Virus record (IMG/VR): IMGVR_UViG_3300012929_000023
Coordinates: 1 to 51,428 of that record
Source: a virus
Lineage: Duplodnaviria > Caudoviricetes
Reading direction: 5' to 3' (one strand)
DNA: 51,428 nucleotides
Shown piece by piece: positions 25,481-34,652 of the stretch; position 1 is the first letter of the stretch; each line of letters opens with the position of its first letter. Below the pieces are notes generated by a model. The model made no database searches and had not been told where the DNA came from. It saw nothing but the letters and a program-made list of their open reading frames with translations. The translations under genes and the position numbers were made by a program.

Positions 25481-26176
25481 TTGGCGATAGCCCTAGTTGC
25501 CCACGGTGTTCAAGGGTCAACCGACAGCAACGGATTTACTAGTAGTTCAATAGATACTACTGGCTCAAACTTTCTTGTCGTTTGTCTTGCTTCTCAAGTG
25601 TTCGGCACAGGGACAATCTCAGATTCTAATAGCAATACTTGGACTGCACTAACAAATCAAATTGGATCATTCGCAGATCGATGGTGTCGTGTTTTCTACT
25701 CTGAGAATCCTACAGTCGGATCAGGACATACATTCACAGTCACCGGCACGAATATCTTTCCTACTATAGCATACGCAAGTTTTAGCGGTGTTGCAACGTC
25801 ATCATCATTCGATGTTGAGAACGGTCCGGGTTCAACTGGCTACGGTACTAGCACCGATACTGGCACCGTTACTCCGAGTTCAACCAATGAATTAATAGTC
25901 GCTGGTCTTAACTACGATGATAATTCAGTCTCAACGGTAGATTCCGGTTTTACCACGATAGATACGATTTCTCGTTCTGGTTTTGGTTTCTCAGGAATTC
26001 ACTTCGCATACATAGTCGAGACTTCGATTGTTGCAAAAGATCCTACGTTTAGCTGGTCAAACAACGATCGTGCTGTTGCAGCGATAGCTTCTTTTAAACC
26101 GGGCGGTGGTGGCCCGGCCTTCATTGCTAAACAATACGAAATCTTACAAGCAATCAAACGTTCTTCTTATATTTAG
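25481..26176 (+). CDS. putative virion-associated beta-sandwich protein
   Basis: Ser/Thr-rich; DSNSNTWT motif; TTG start. Confidence 0.7.
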   Translation: MAIALVAHGVQGSTDSNGFTSSSIDTTGSNFLVVCLASQVFGTGTISDSNSNTWTALTNQIGSFADRWCRVFYSENPTVGSGHTFTVTGTNIFPTIAYASFSGVATSSSFDVENGPGSTGYGTSTDTGTVTPSSTNELIVAGLNYDDNSVSTVDSGFTTIDTISRSGFGFSGIHFAYIVETSIVAKDPTFSWSNNDRAVAAIASFKPGGGGPAFIAKQYEILQAIKRSSYI

Positions 26177-26183
26177 GATTCTA

Positions 26184-26693
26184 ATGGCACTTTATCTACT
26201 TCAAAATGGCGCGGCCGGTACAACTGCAGCTCCTGTTGCAGTTACTACAGGTACAGCAATCAAAACATTAATACAGTTTAAACCCTCAGCTACTATAGCT
26301 GCTAAGATTGTTGAGTGGGGGATTAGTTTTGATGGTTCTGCCGCAGCAACTCCCGGTAAGGTAGAACTAATGGAAAGCGATGTAGCAGCGACAGTTACTG
26401 CATTGGCAGCGGCCGATATCACAAAATACGACGGCGATGCTCTTGCAGGCGGCGACCCAACTACAAATCTTATACAAGTAGGTACTACTTCAACAGGCTT
26501 TACAGCTTCATCTGAAGGTACGACTACTGTATCTAGAATGTTTGATCTACAGTTACTTCCTCCTACAGGTCCTTATGTGAAACAGTTTCCGTTGGGTCGA
26601 GAACCAATTCTTCAAGTAGGTAAATTCGCTCGTATTAGAGTTACATTCGGCACCGCGATTAATGCTTATTGCTACATGATCGTTAGTATCTAA
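26184..26693 (+). CDS. putative structural protein
   Basis: ATG 26184 after an agga RBS. Confidence 0.7.
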   Translation: MALYLLQNGAAGTTAAPVAVTTGTAIKTLIQFKPSATIAAKIVEWGISFDGSAAATPGKVELMESDVAATVTALAAADITKYDGDALAGGDPTTNLIQVGTTSTGFTASSEGTTTVSRMFDLQLLPPTGPYVKQFPLGREPILQVGKFARIRVTFGTAINAYCYMIVSI

Positions 26694-26709
26694 TAAAGGA
26701 TAACAAGGC

Positions 26710-27642
26710 GTGTCAAGATTAGGTCGCGCCTATCCGGCAAAAGGTGTTCAAAGTAAACTCCTCCCTTCAGGGGTCGTATCAGGTACACTAGCAGCAACTG
26801 AAACCGCAGACGTTGCAGCATTCACCGGCACATTCTCGGATCAAGGCATTCTTGCGGTAACTGAAGTTGCAGATACTGCTGCCTTTACTGGAACATTTGC
26901 TGATACAGGTGTATTAGCAGTTACAGAAGCGCAGGACATTGCTGCGTTTACCGGTGCGTTCTCCGACCAAGGTATTCTAAGTACTACCGAAGCGCCAGAT
27001 GTTCTCGCCTTTACAGGCACATTTAGCGATCAAGGTATACTAGGTGTAACTGAACCTACAGATATCGCCTCCTTTGTTGGAGGAGGTATAATCACCGGAA
27101 CACTGGCTGTTACGGAAATTCCAGACGTCTCAGCGTTTACTGGAGATTTCTCTGATCAAGGTATACTATCAACCACCGAAACAACTGATATTGCTGTCTT
27201 CAACGGTAACACAGTTGTCTCTGGAACGTTGGTTGTAACTGAAGGTGTAGACACTGCAGCATTTGCCGGTGCCTTTGCTGACCAAGGTATACTGTTAGTT
27301 ACAGAAGCGGCCGACATCGCCGTCTTTACTGGGACTTTCGCAGACCAAGGCATATTGTCAACTACAGAACCTACAGACATTGCCTTCTTTAACGGCAGTA
27401 CTGTTGTTGGAACACTGGCCGCTACAGATCCTCAAGATACTGCGTTATTCATCGAGCAGCTACTGTTCGGTGGTAGGTGGTGGGGTCCTCCTTCTAAGAT
27501 TAAAGTTAACAATCATGCAGAAGATGTAAAGAAAGCTGCAGCCGTCCTTTCTAGCCTAGGTGGTCATGCAAGAGCTAAGGCATTAACACCAAATCAGCGT
27601 TATAATATAGCCTTAAACGCCGCTAAAGCGCGGTGGAAGTAA
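26710..27642 (+). CDS. 22-aa repeat protein with basic C-terminal GGxARA.LT...R..IA..AA.ARW motif
   Basis: about 10 repeats of DQGIL.xTE..D.A.F.G.F. Confidence 0.8.
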   Translation: MSRLGRAYPAKGVQSKLLPSGVVSGTLAATETADVAAFTGTFSDQGILAVTEVADTAAFTGTFADTGVLAVTEAQDIAAFTGAFSDQGILSTTEAPDVLAFTGTFSDQGILGVTEPTDIASFVGGGIITGTLAVTEIPDVSAFTGDFSDQGILSTTETTDIAVFNGNTVVSGTLVVTEGVDTAAFAGAFADQGILLVTEAADIAVFTGTFADQGILSTTEPTDIAFFNGSTVVGTLAATDPQDTALFIEQLLFGGRWWGPPSKIKVNNHAEDVKKAAAVLSSLGGHARAKALTPNQRYNIALNAAKARWK

Positions 27643-27760
27643 ACCAGTAAGCATAGTCTTAGATTTAATCCATATCCAGCAAGCATTCATGAAAACACCA
27701 ATTAAAACCAGCAAGCAAGCCGCTAAACCCAAGTCAAAACCTGCAAGCATAAGTAAGCAC
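27641..27760 (+). repeat. imperfect AAACCAGCAAGCA repeats, overlapping a 40-aa basic ORF (27689-27811)
   Basis: copies at ~27641, 27675, 27706 and 27737. Confidence 0.6.
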
Positions 27761-27803
27761 GCTAAAGTGCTTGGCAAGCTAGGTGGCAGGCCAAAAGCTA
27801 ATT

Positions 27804-28097
27804 ATGGATAGAATTCCAGACACAGTGATACTAGCAGTTAGTATAGCCGTTTTTGTAGGTGGCTCAGTATGGGGGCTGGCTTGGTGGTTATCAGGACAAT
27901 TTTCTTCATTGAGACATCTTGTTTACGAACAAATCACTAAGACTGAAGCGTTGATTTTAAGTAAGTTAGAATATCATGAGCGGCATGATGACACTAGATT
28001 CGAAAATATGCGCAAAGATATGTTTACTATCCAACTTAGGCAAGCAGCGGGTAAAGGCTTAGAAAAAATACTGAATGGCCAGTCGTCGACTTCCTAA
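27804..28097 (+). CDS. single-TM membrane protein
   Basis: VILAVSIAVFVGGSVWGLAWWL helix followed by a coiled coil. Confidence 0.7.
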   Translation: MDRIPDTVILAVSIAVFVGGSVWGLAWWLSGQFSSLRHLVYEQITKTEALILSKLEYHERHDDTRFENMRKDMFTIQLRQAAGKGLEKILNGQSSTS

Positions 28098-29658
28098 ATC
28101 AGAGATCGAACAAGCCCGAGACGCGAGAAGACAACTTGCTGAGAATTCCTTAGAGGAATTCATCAAGCTAGTTCATCCTAATAGGTGTCTAGGCAATATC
28201 CATAGAGAAGTCATCACTTGGTGGACTGGCAGTAATGCTAGTACTCACCAACTACTGCTTCTACCTAGAGATCACATGAAGTCAGCGTTGATCGCTTACC
28301 GTGTGGCATGGGAGTTGACAAAGAATCCGACACTACGAATTCTTTATATATCCTCAACTAGAAACTTAGCTATCAAACAATTAAAGTTTATTAAAGATAT
28401 CCTGACTTGTGCGCGGTATACTGCACACTGGTCGGATATGGTAAACAAAGAAGAAGCCAAACGCGAGAAGTGGACAGAAGGTGAAATCTCTCTCGATCAC
28501 CCGAAAAGACGGGAAGAGTCGATTAGAGATCCTAGTATCTTCACCGCCGGGTTGACTTCTAACATAGTTGGTATGCATTGCGACATTACTGTCTTAGATG
28601 ACGTAGTAGTTGCAACTAATGCTTACATAGAAGAAGGCCGTGTAAAAGTTCTAGACCAATACGGTTATCTATCTTCTATCGAAGGTACAAACGCCAAGGA
28701 ATGGGTCGTAGGAACACGATATCATCCTAAAGATCTATACTCTAGTCTGTTAGACATGGAGATCGAAGAGCACGACGAAGTCGGCAACCGTATCGGTGCC
28801 CAACAGTTGTTTGACAAGTTCGAAAGAGCTGTCGAGACCATCGGTGACGGTACAGGCGAGTTTCTCTGGCCCCGCCAGAACCGTGGTGATGGTGTATGGT
28901 TCGGCTTCGATGCCAAGATCTTATCGACTAAGCGAGCACAATATAAGAACAGAGTTTATTTTAGAGCACAGTATTACAATGACCCGCACGATGTTGACTC
29001 CTCTCCAATTGGCCGAAATCTATTCCAATACTACGATTCCAATTATCTCGTCCGTAAAGATTATGTCTGGGCGTACAAGCGTGAAAGACTTAATGTCTTC
29101 GCCGCTGTGGACTTTGCTTACTCCGTGGGAAAAAGGTCGGATTCGACTTCTATCGTGGTTGTTGGGGTCGATGGTCACAGTAACTACTATATATTGGAAA
29201 TCGACAGGTTCAAAACAGACAAGATCTCAGATTACTTCAACCGTATCCTTAAGCTTTATGAAAAATGGGGGTTTAGGAAGATACGCTGTGAAGTATCAGT
29301 CGCCCAAGCCGTAATAGTCAAAGACCTTAAGGACAACTACATCCGTCCACATGGGTTGTCTTTGTCTGTAGACGAATTCAGACCTACTCGTTGGATCGGT
29401 TCGAAGGAAGAACGGATCATGAGTGTTCTAGAACCTAAGTATTCCAATGGTCAGATTTGGCACTATCAAGGCGGTAACATTCAATATCTTGAGGAAGAAT
29501 TAATCTACCAAAACCCAGCCCACGACGATATCAAGGACGCACTAGCTTCTGCAATTGATTTTGCACAAGGTAAGGCTCCGATGAGTGTATTTGCAATAAA
29601 GAGAATTCAAAATAACGATGAAGTTCAATATCACAGTCAATTCGGCGGTGTCGTGTGA
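28075..29658 (+). CDS. terL: terminase large subunit
   Basis: LLPRDHMKS Walker A variant, GMHCDITVLDD Walker B, VGTRY, AVDFA nuclease motif, HDDIKDALA. Confidence 0.95.
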   Translation: MASRRLPKSEIEQARDARRQLAENSLEEFIKLVHPNRCLGNIHREVITWWTGSNASTHQLLLLPRDHMKSALIAYRVAWELTKNPTLRILYISSTRNLAIKQLKFIKDILTCARYTAHWSDMVNKEEAKREKWTEGEISLDHPKRREESIRDPSIFTAGLTSNIVGMHCDITVLDDVVVATNAYIEEGRVKVLDQYGYLSSIEGTNAKEWVVGTRYHPKDLYSSLLDMEIEEHDEVGNRIGAQQLFDKFERAVETIGDGTGEFLWPRQNRGDGVWFGFDAKILSTKRAQYKNRVYFRAQYYNDPHDVDSSPIGRNLFQYYDSNYLVRKDYVWAYKRERLNVFAAVDFAYSVGKRSDSTSIVVVGVDGHSNYYILEIDRFKTDKISDYFNRILKLYEKWGFRKIRCEVSVAQAVIVKDLKDNYIRPHGLSLSVDEFRPTRWIGSKEERIMSVLEPKYSNGQIWHYQGGNIQYLEEELIYQNPAHDDIKDALASAIDFAQGKAPMSVFAIKRIQNNDEVQYHSQFGGVV

Positions 29659-31526
29659 CGGGTAAAGTTTTAGAGCTACAGGCAGTATTAGTACCAGATT
29701 TATTGGCTACACGAATTACTGAACGTTGGTTAAGCTGGGAAGGATTGCGCCAACCAAAGAAAGTCGACTGGGAAGAAGTCCGTAGATATGTCTACGCTAC
29801 TAACACCCGTCAGACTAGCAACAGCAAGAATCCGTGGAAGAACACAACTACAATTCCTAAGTTGTGTCAAATCCGTGATAATCTCTACAGCAATTATACA
29901 GCAACTCTCTTTCCGAAGAGGAAATGGTTGATCTGGGAAGCTAACGAAGCTGACTCCAACAGTCGTGACAAGCGTAATGCTATTGTCAACTATATGAGTT
30001 GGTGTATCGAACAGCCTACATTTAAGCATGAACTCGATAAAATCATCCAAGATTACATCGATTTCGGTAATTGCTTCGCTACCGTAGAGTGGACTGATCA
30101 GCGTGTCCAGCAGCCCGGTTATATTCAATCAGGATATGTCGGCCCATCTGTTCGTAGAGTCTCGCCACTAGATTTAGTGATGAACCCAACGGCAGAGAAC
30201 TTCATGTCTTCGCCAAAGATCATTCGTTCTATTATAAGCCTAGGAGAATTGAAAGATCTTCTAGAGCGTATGACTAACGACGAGAATAGAGATACATACC
30301 AAGAACTCTACCGTTATCTACAAGACCTCCGTTTCCAAGCCAGAACCTTCTCAGGTGACTGGATGCAGCGCGATCGGCTATTTGCGATGGATGGCTTCGG
30401 TTCCTTCCGTGACTATTTGTTGTCAGATACTGTCGAAGTCCTTACTTTCTATGGAGATTGGTACGATCCGTATACGGACATCTTTGAAAAGAATCGTGTA
30501 GTAACTGTTGTTGATCGTCATAAGCTTATTGGTAATAAGCCTAATCCTTCTTTCTTTGGGTATCCACCGATCTTCCACGCCCCTTGGCGTAAGAGACAAG
30601 ACAACCTCTGGGGAATGGGTCCATTAGACAATCTAGTCGGTATGCAATACCGGATGGATCATGTCGAAAACATGAAAGCCGATATCTGGGATCTGACTAC
30701 TTATCCAGTTCAGAAGATCAAGGGCTTTGTCGAAGATTTCGTTTGGCGTCCGGGTGAGAAGATCTTTACCTCCGAAGAAGGAGATGTAGAACTTGTCCAG
30801 CCTGATGTCAACATCATGCAATCAAACTCAGAGATTGCTTATATAGCAAGTCTCATGGAAGAGATGGCTGGTGCACCCAAGGAAGCCATGGGCTTTAGAA
30901 GCCCCGGCGAAAAGACTAAATACGAGGTCCAGCGATTAGAAAACGCTGCCAGTCGTCTGTTCCAGAATAAGATCAATCAGTTTGAAGAGCAAGTCGTAGA
31001 GCCTATTCTCAACGCTATGCTAGAGCTGGCTCGTCGTAATCTCAACGGTGTTCAAAGCATCCGTGTATTCAACGACGATCTGAAGTTCGCTACCTTTCAG
31101 ACATTGACTGTCGAAGACATTACAGGCGTAGGCCGCATTAAGCCTATCGCCGCTCGACACTTCGCAGAACAAGCTGAACTAATCCAAAATCTTACATCAT
31201 TGACCGGGTCAGGATTGTGGCCGATTGTGCAGCCTCATTTCTCCGGTATTGAGAGTGCTAAGCTCATCGAAGACATCTTTAATCTAAAAGACTACAGTAT
31301 TGTCGTTCCCTTTATCTCTTTGCAAGAACAAGCAGAAGGACAGCGTCAAATCCAGCTACTGCAAGAACAACTCCATCAGGAGATGGGCACTGCAACAGGT
31401 ATGGGGCATGACCATGACTTGGGTCCGAACGGACAACCTGCAACTCCTCCCCCGTCACCGGGAATGGGGCTACAGAGGCAGCCTCCTGCTAACGCAACAC
31501 CGACAGGAACAATTGGAACACAATGA
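29655..31526 (+). CDS. portal protein
   Basis: size and position after terL; DYIDFGN, RVSPLD, LWGMGPLD, PGEKTKYEV. Confidence 0.92.
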   Translation: MTGKVLELQAVLVPDLLATRITERWLSWEGLRQPKKVDWEEVRRYVYATNTRQTSNSKNPWKNTTTIPKLCQIRDNLYSNYTATLFPKRKWLIWEANEADSNSRDKRNAIVNYMSWCIEQPTFKHELDKIIQDYIDFGNCFATVEWTDQRVQQPGYIQSGYVGPSVRRVSPLDLVMNPTAENFMSSPKIIRSIISLGELKDLLERMTNDENRDTYQELYRYLQDLRFQARTFSGDWMQRDRLFAMDGFGSFRDYLLSDTVEVLTFYGDWYDPYTDIFEKNRVVTVVDRHKLIGNKPNPSFFGYPPIFHAPWRKRQDNLWGMGPLDNLVGMQYRMDHVENMKADIWDLTTYPVQKIKGFVEDFVWRPGEKIFTSEEGDVELVQPDVNIMQSNSEIAYIASLMEEMAGAPKEAMGFRSPGEKTKYEVQRLENAASRLFQNKINQFEEQVVEPILNAMLELARRNLNGVQSIRVFNDDLKFATFQTLTVEDITGVGRIKPIAARHFAEQAELIQNLTSLTGSGLWPIVQPHFSGIESAKLIEDIFNLKDYSIVVPFISLQEQAEGQRQIQLLQEQLHQEMGTATGMGHDHDLGPNGQPATPPPSPGMGLQRQPPANATPTGTIGTQ

Positions 31527-31810
31527 AGAGTGTATGGACCAAGCACTTAAAGAATGAACCTGAAGAAATACAAGAACGTTTTCGCAATACTATTCTCGGC
31601 AGTCGTACAGCGCTAGATCGCCTATCACAGCTCCTAAAGGAAGACGAAGACAGTCTTGGTAGAGCCGAGATAAATCCAGACGTATACAAGTTACCCGGCT
31701 GGGACTACAGGCAAGCAGATGCGAATGGATACCGCCGCTGTCTCAATAACATCCAATCACTAATTAACCTAGACCAAAAGGAAACCCATGGACTTGCTCG
31801 ACCAGAGTAA
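31523..31810 (+). CDS. conserved small head-module protein
   Basis: between portal and scaffold; W.Y.QA..NGY. Confidence 0.75.
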   Translation: MKSVWTKHLKNEPEEIQERFRNTILGSRTALDRLSQLLKEDEDSLGRAEINPDVYKLPGWDYRQADANGYRRCLNNIQSLINLDQKETHGLARPE

Positions 31811-32534
31811 TCAAGCCGATAAGGCATTCGAAGAACAAACTCGTGCTAAGTGGAAAGACAAGCCACTTGAAGAGGTGTTAACCGCCAAAGTAGAATCTGA
31901 CCGATACATTAGAACTTTGGAAACCCAGAAGGATGAACTCCGGACGGACTACAAGAAGCTCTGGGATGAGAACCAGAACAGAGCTAAAAACGAAATAACT
32001 GAAGCAAAACTACAGGCGTTGGTTGACCAACTAGAAGCCCGAAGTCTAACACTTGATACGCGACAACCCAATGCGGACGGTGAGAAAAAGCCAGTGATCG
32101 ATCCTATTGAACTACAAACCTTAGTCTCCAAGCAATTCGACGAAGTCGTAAAGCAGCGGAAGGCTAGTGAGAATTTCAATAAGGTTCAAGAAAAGTTAAA
32201 AGAAACTCTCGGCGGTAATTATGCCGAAGTTCTTAAGGATAGAATGAATACCCTTGGTATTTCAAATGAAAGCATGAATGCTCTAGCTAAGGAGTCTCCT
32301 GATGCGTTTTTCAACACATTCGGTATTAATCCTCCGCAGCGAGTAGACAGCTTCCAGCCCCCAGTACGCTCCCAGCAACGGATGGACACATTCGCACCTA
32401 AGACTGAGAAACGTAACTACGCTTATTATCAGGCGCTAAAGGCGAAAGACCCAAGAATATATCATGATCCTAAAATCGCAGTTCAGATGGATAAGGATTC
32501 CCAAGAGTTGGGAATGGCTTTCTTCGAGAACTAA
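31788..32534 (+). CDS. capsid scaffolding protein
   Basis: charged coiled-coil protein immediately before the capsid gene. Confidence 0.8.
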   Translation: MDLLDQSNQADKAFEEQTRAKWKDKPLEEVLTAKVESDRYIRTLETQKDELRTDYKKLWDENQNRAKNEITEAKLQALVDQLEARSLTLDTRQPNADGEKKPVIDPIELQTLVSKQFDEVVKQRKASENFNKVQEKLKETLGGNYAEVLKDRMNTLGISNESMNALAKESPDAFFNTFGINPPQRVDSFQPPVRSQQRMDTFAPKTEKRNYAYYQALKAKDPRIYHDPKIAVQMDKDSQELGMAFFEN

Positions 32535-32577
32535 TATTCACTAACTCGTGTCTATTTAGACACTAGGAGATTACTTT

Positions 32578-33537
32578 ATGGCAGGTTTTACAGACCTCAC
32601 ACAAGCAAATCTCATCAGGACAACTTTGTGGTCAAGTAACCTCAAAGAACTCCTGCTTGACGATTTGAACGCTATGAAGTTTGTCAAGATCCTCACCGAC
32701 TTCCCCGACGGGTACACAATTAACATTCCGTCGATTGGTGAAGCAGAAACTGCCGACTTCAATGAAGGTCAGGCAATCAAGTACAATCAGATGGACACTG
32801 GTAACTTCCAGTTCTCGTTTGACCAGTATAAGTATTCTGCTCATGCAATCAGCGAAAAGTTTAAGCGTGACTCCTTCTACGCGAACCAAGTTATCTCGGC
32901 CTTTGTGCCGCGCGAACACCGGGCGCTAATGGAAGCTGTTGAGACTCGCATCTTTGCTCAGGCAAATGCAGGACAAACTGCAAGCTCCCCTAACATCATC
33001 AACCTTGCGGATCACCGCTGGGTGGGTTCTGGCACAGGCCAGAGCATCACTCTATCGGACTTCGCTCGTGCTCAGTACGCTCTGACTAAGGCAAACGTGC
33101 CTTTGACGAACCTCTGTGCTGTGGTTGATCCCTCAGTTGCTTATACACTACAGACTCAAGCCAACCTTGTCAACCTCATGACTCCCACACCTATGTGGAG
33201 TGATGTTGTGGGCACAGGTCTTGTGACGGGCTTTAAGTTCCGTTTCAATATCTATGGCTTTGATATCTACGTTTCTAATTATCTCCCGGCGATTGCCTCG
33301 GAAACAATTAACAGCGTTGCTGTCACTTCAGGTGTTTGCAACTTCTTCTTCTCAGCCGCTCCCGGAGATACTACTCCTTGGATCGGTGCTTTCCGTCAGC
33401 AACCTACTGTCTATAATAAGTTCAACATGGACTTGCAGCAAGACGAGTATCTGACGATTGCCGAGTATGGCTTCAAGCTATACCGCCCTGAGAATATGAT
33501 CACCATCATCACCGCCCTCGGCGTTGTTCCCAGCTAA
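32578..33537 (+). CDS. major capsid protein
   Basis: LIR..LWS..L, DFPDG.T.NIPSIG, YGFDIYVSN.L, YG.KLYRPE; aggag RBS. Confidence 0.92.
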   Translation: MAGFTDLTQANLIRTTLWSSNLKELLLDDLNAMKFVKILTDFPDGYTINIPSIGEAETADFNEGQAIKYNQMDTGNFQFSFDQYKYSAHAISEKFKRDSFYANQVISAFVPREHRALMEAVETRIFAQANAGQTASSPNIINLADHRWVGSGTGQSITLSDFARAQYALTKANVPLTNLCAVVDPSVAYTLQTQANLVNLMTPTPMWSDVVGTGLVTGFKFRFNIYGFDIYVSNYLPAIASETINSVAVTSGVCNFFFSAAPGDTTPWIGAFRQQPTVYNKFNMDLQQDEYLTIAEYGFKLYRPENMITIITALGVVPS

Positions 33538-33551
33538 AGGAGACTACTATT

Positions 33552-34094
33552 ATGGTTTCAGGTAATTGGATGGACAACGATGGAAAGTTTCGTCAGTTCG
33601 GAACTTCCAAGGCTGTCCCCGAAACAGGTGGTGAGTATTTGTCTTACGGAGATCTCCGTGTGGCAGAATTCACTATCGATCTTACTACACTGACGACTTC
33701 GCCTTTGGCACAGTCGTTTACTACAGTCTTCCCGACGGGATCTCAATCATTTGTTGAACAAGTGGTTATTGATGTCGAAGTCGGTGCAGTTGGTGGTACT
33801 TCAGTAAGCGTTGGTACAGGGTATATTTCCCTTACTAGCACTACTAATCCGCCTACGATGACTGCTATTTCTAATACAGCTTTTGTCAATGCTATTATTA
33901 CAGCTAGCATCGATACAGCTGGTAAGAAAGTCACGCTAACTAATGGTTCTACCTCTGCAGGTGGCATCATTGGCAGCAATTCGACTGATACAACCCATAA
34001 GAATCTCGTAACCGCTCTTGCCGCTGGTACTTTCAGTGCCGGTCGCATCAAGGTGCGTATCTATTGGCGTGGTATTGGTACAATCACTCAGTAA
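33552..34094 (+). CDS. capsid-associated (decoration/minor) protein
   Basis: follows the capsid gene; W.D.DG....FG start; strong RBS; followed by a terminator. Confidence 0.7.
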   Translation: MVSGNWMDNDGKFRQFGTSKAVPETGGEYLSYGDLRVAEFTIDLTTLTTSPLAQSFTTVFPTGSQSFVEQVVIDVEVGAVGGTSVSVGTGYISLTSTTNPPTMTAISNTAFVNAIITASIDTAGKKVTLTNGSTSAGGIIGSNSTDTTHKNLVTALAAGTFSAGRIKVRIYWRGIGTITQ

Positions 34095-34098
34095 GTAT

Positions 34099-34126
34099 AT
34101 GGGGAGCCTAAAAACTCCCCATTTTA
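34099..34126 (+). terminator. intrinsic terminator after the capsid genes
   Basis: atggggag / ctccccat stem followed by ttt. Confidence 0.75.
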
Positions 34127-34140
34127 CTAAAGGATAATAA

Positions 34141-34652
34141 ATGGTACAATCACAAGTTCTTGATTTTACAGGGAACAGTAATAAGTGGGATAGTGCGCAG
34201 ATTGCGTATGATTCCATGACTAATGTTCCAATCCCTGCAGCGAACCAACCTCTTATTACCGCAGGTACTGGTGCACCCACCTTTACTGCTCCTAAAGGTT
34301 CGATGTACATTCGCCTCGACGGTGGTGCTGGTACTCGTCTATATATGAACAGTACAGGTTCTACTACTTGGATTGTTGCAGGGAGCGCGGCTTAATGGCT
34401 TTTAATCCCAGCAATCTTTCAATATCCATAGAGTCAGGTTTACCCGGACAACCTAATTGCATGGATTACACAACTTCTGATACAATAGCTACAGCAGAAG
34501 GCAGTAGCTATTTTTCAGATAATAGATTTTTTAGAACATACAATCTATTAAGAATTACTGCTAATGATGGTAAAGGTATATACGACATTGTTTCACTAGA
34601 TCCTGTGGGTCTAAGGAAATTAGCTGTTGTTACAAGTTTTTCGAGTTTATAA
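34141..34652 (+). CDS. two small structural proteins (34141-34395 and 34395-34652)
   Basis: GTGAPT..APKGSMY.R.DG motif in the first; TAATG coupling. Confidence 0.7.
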
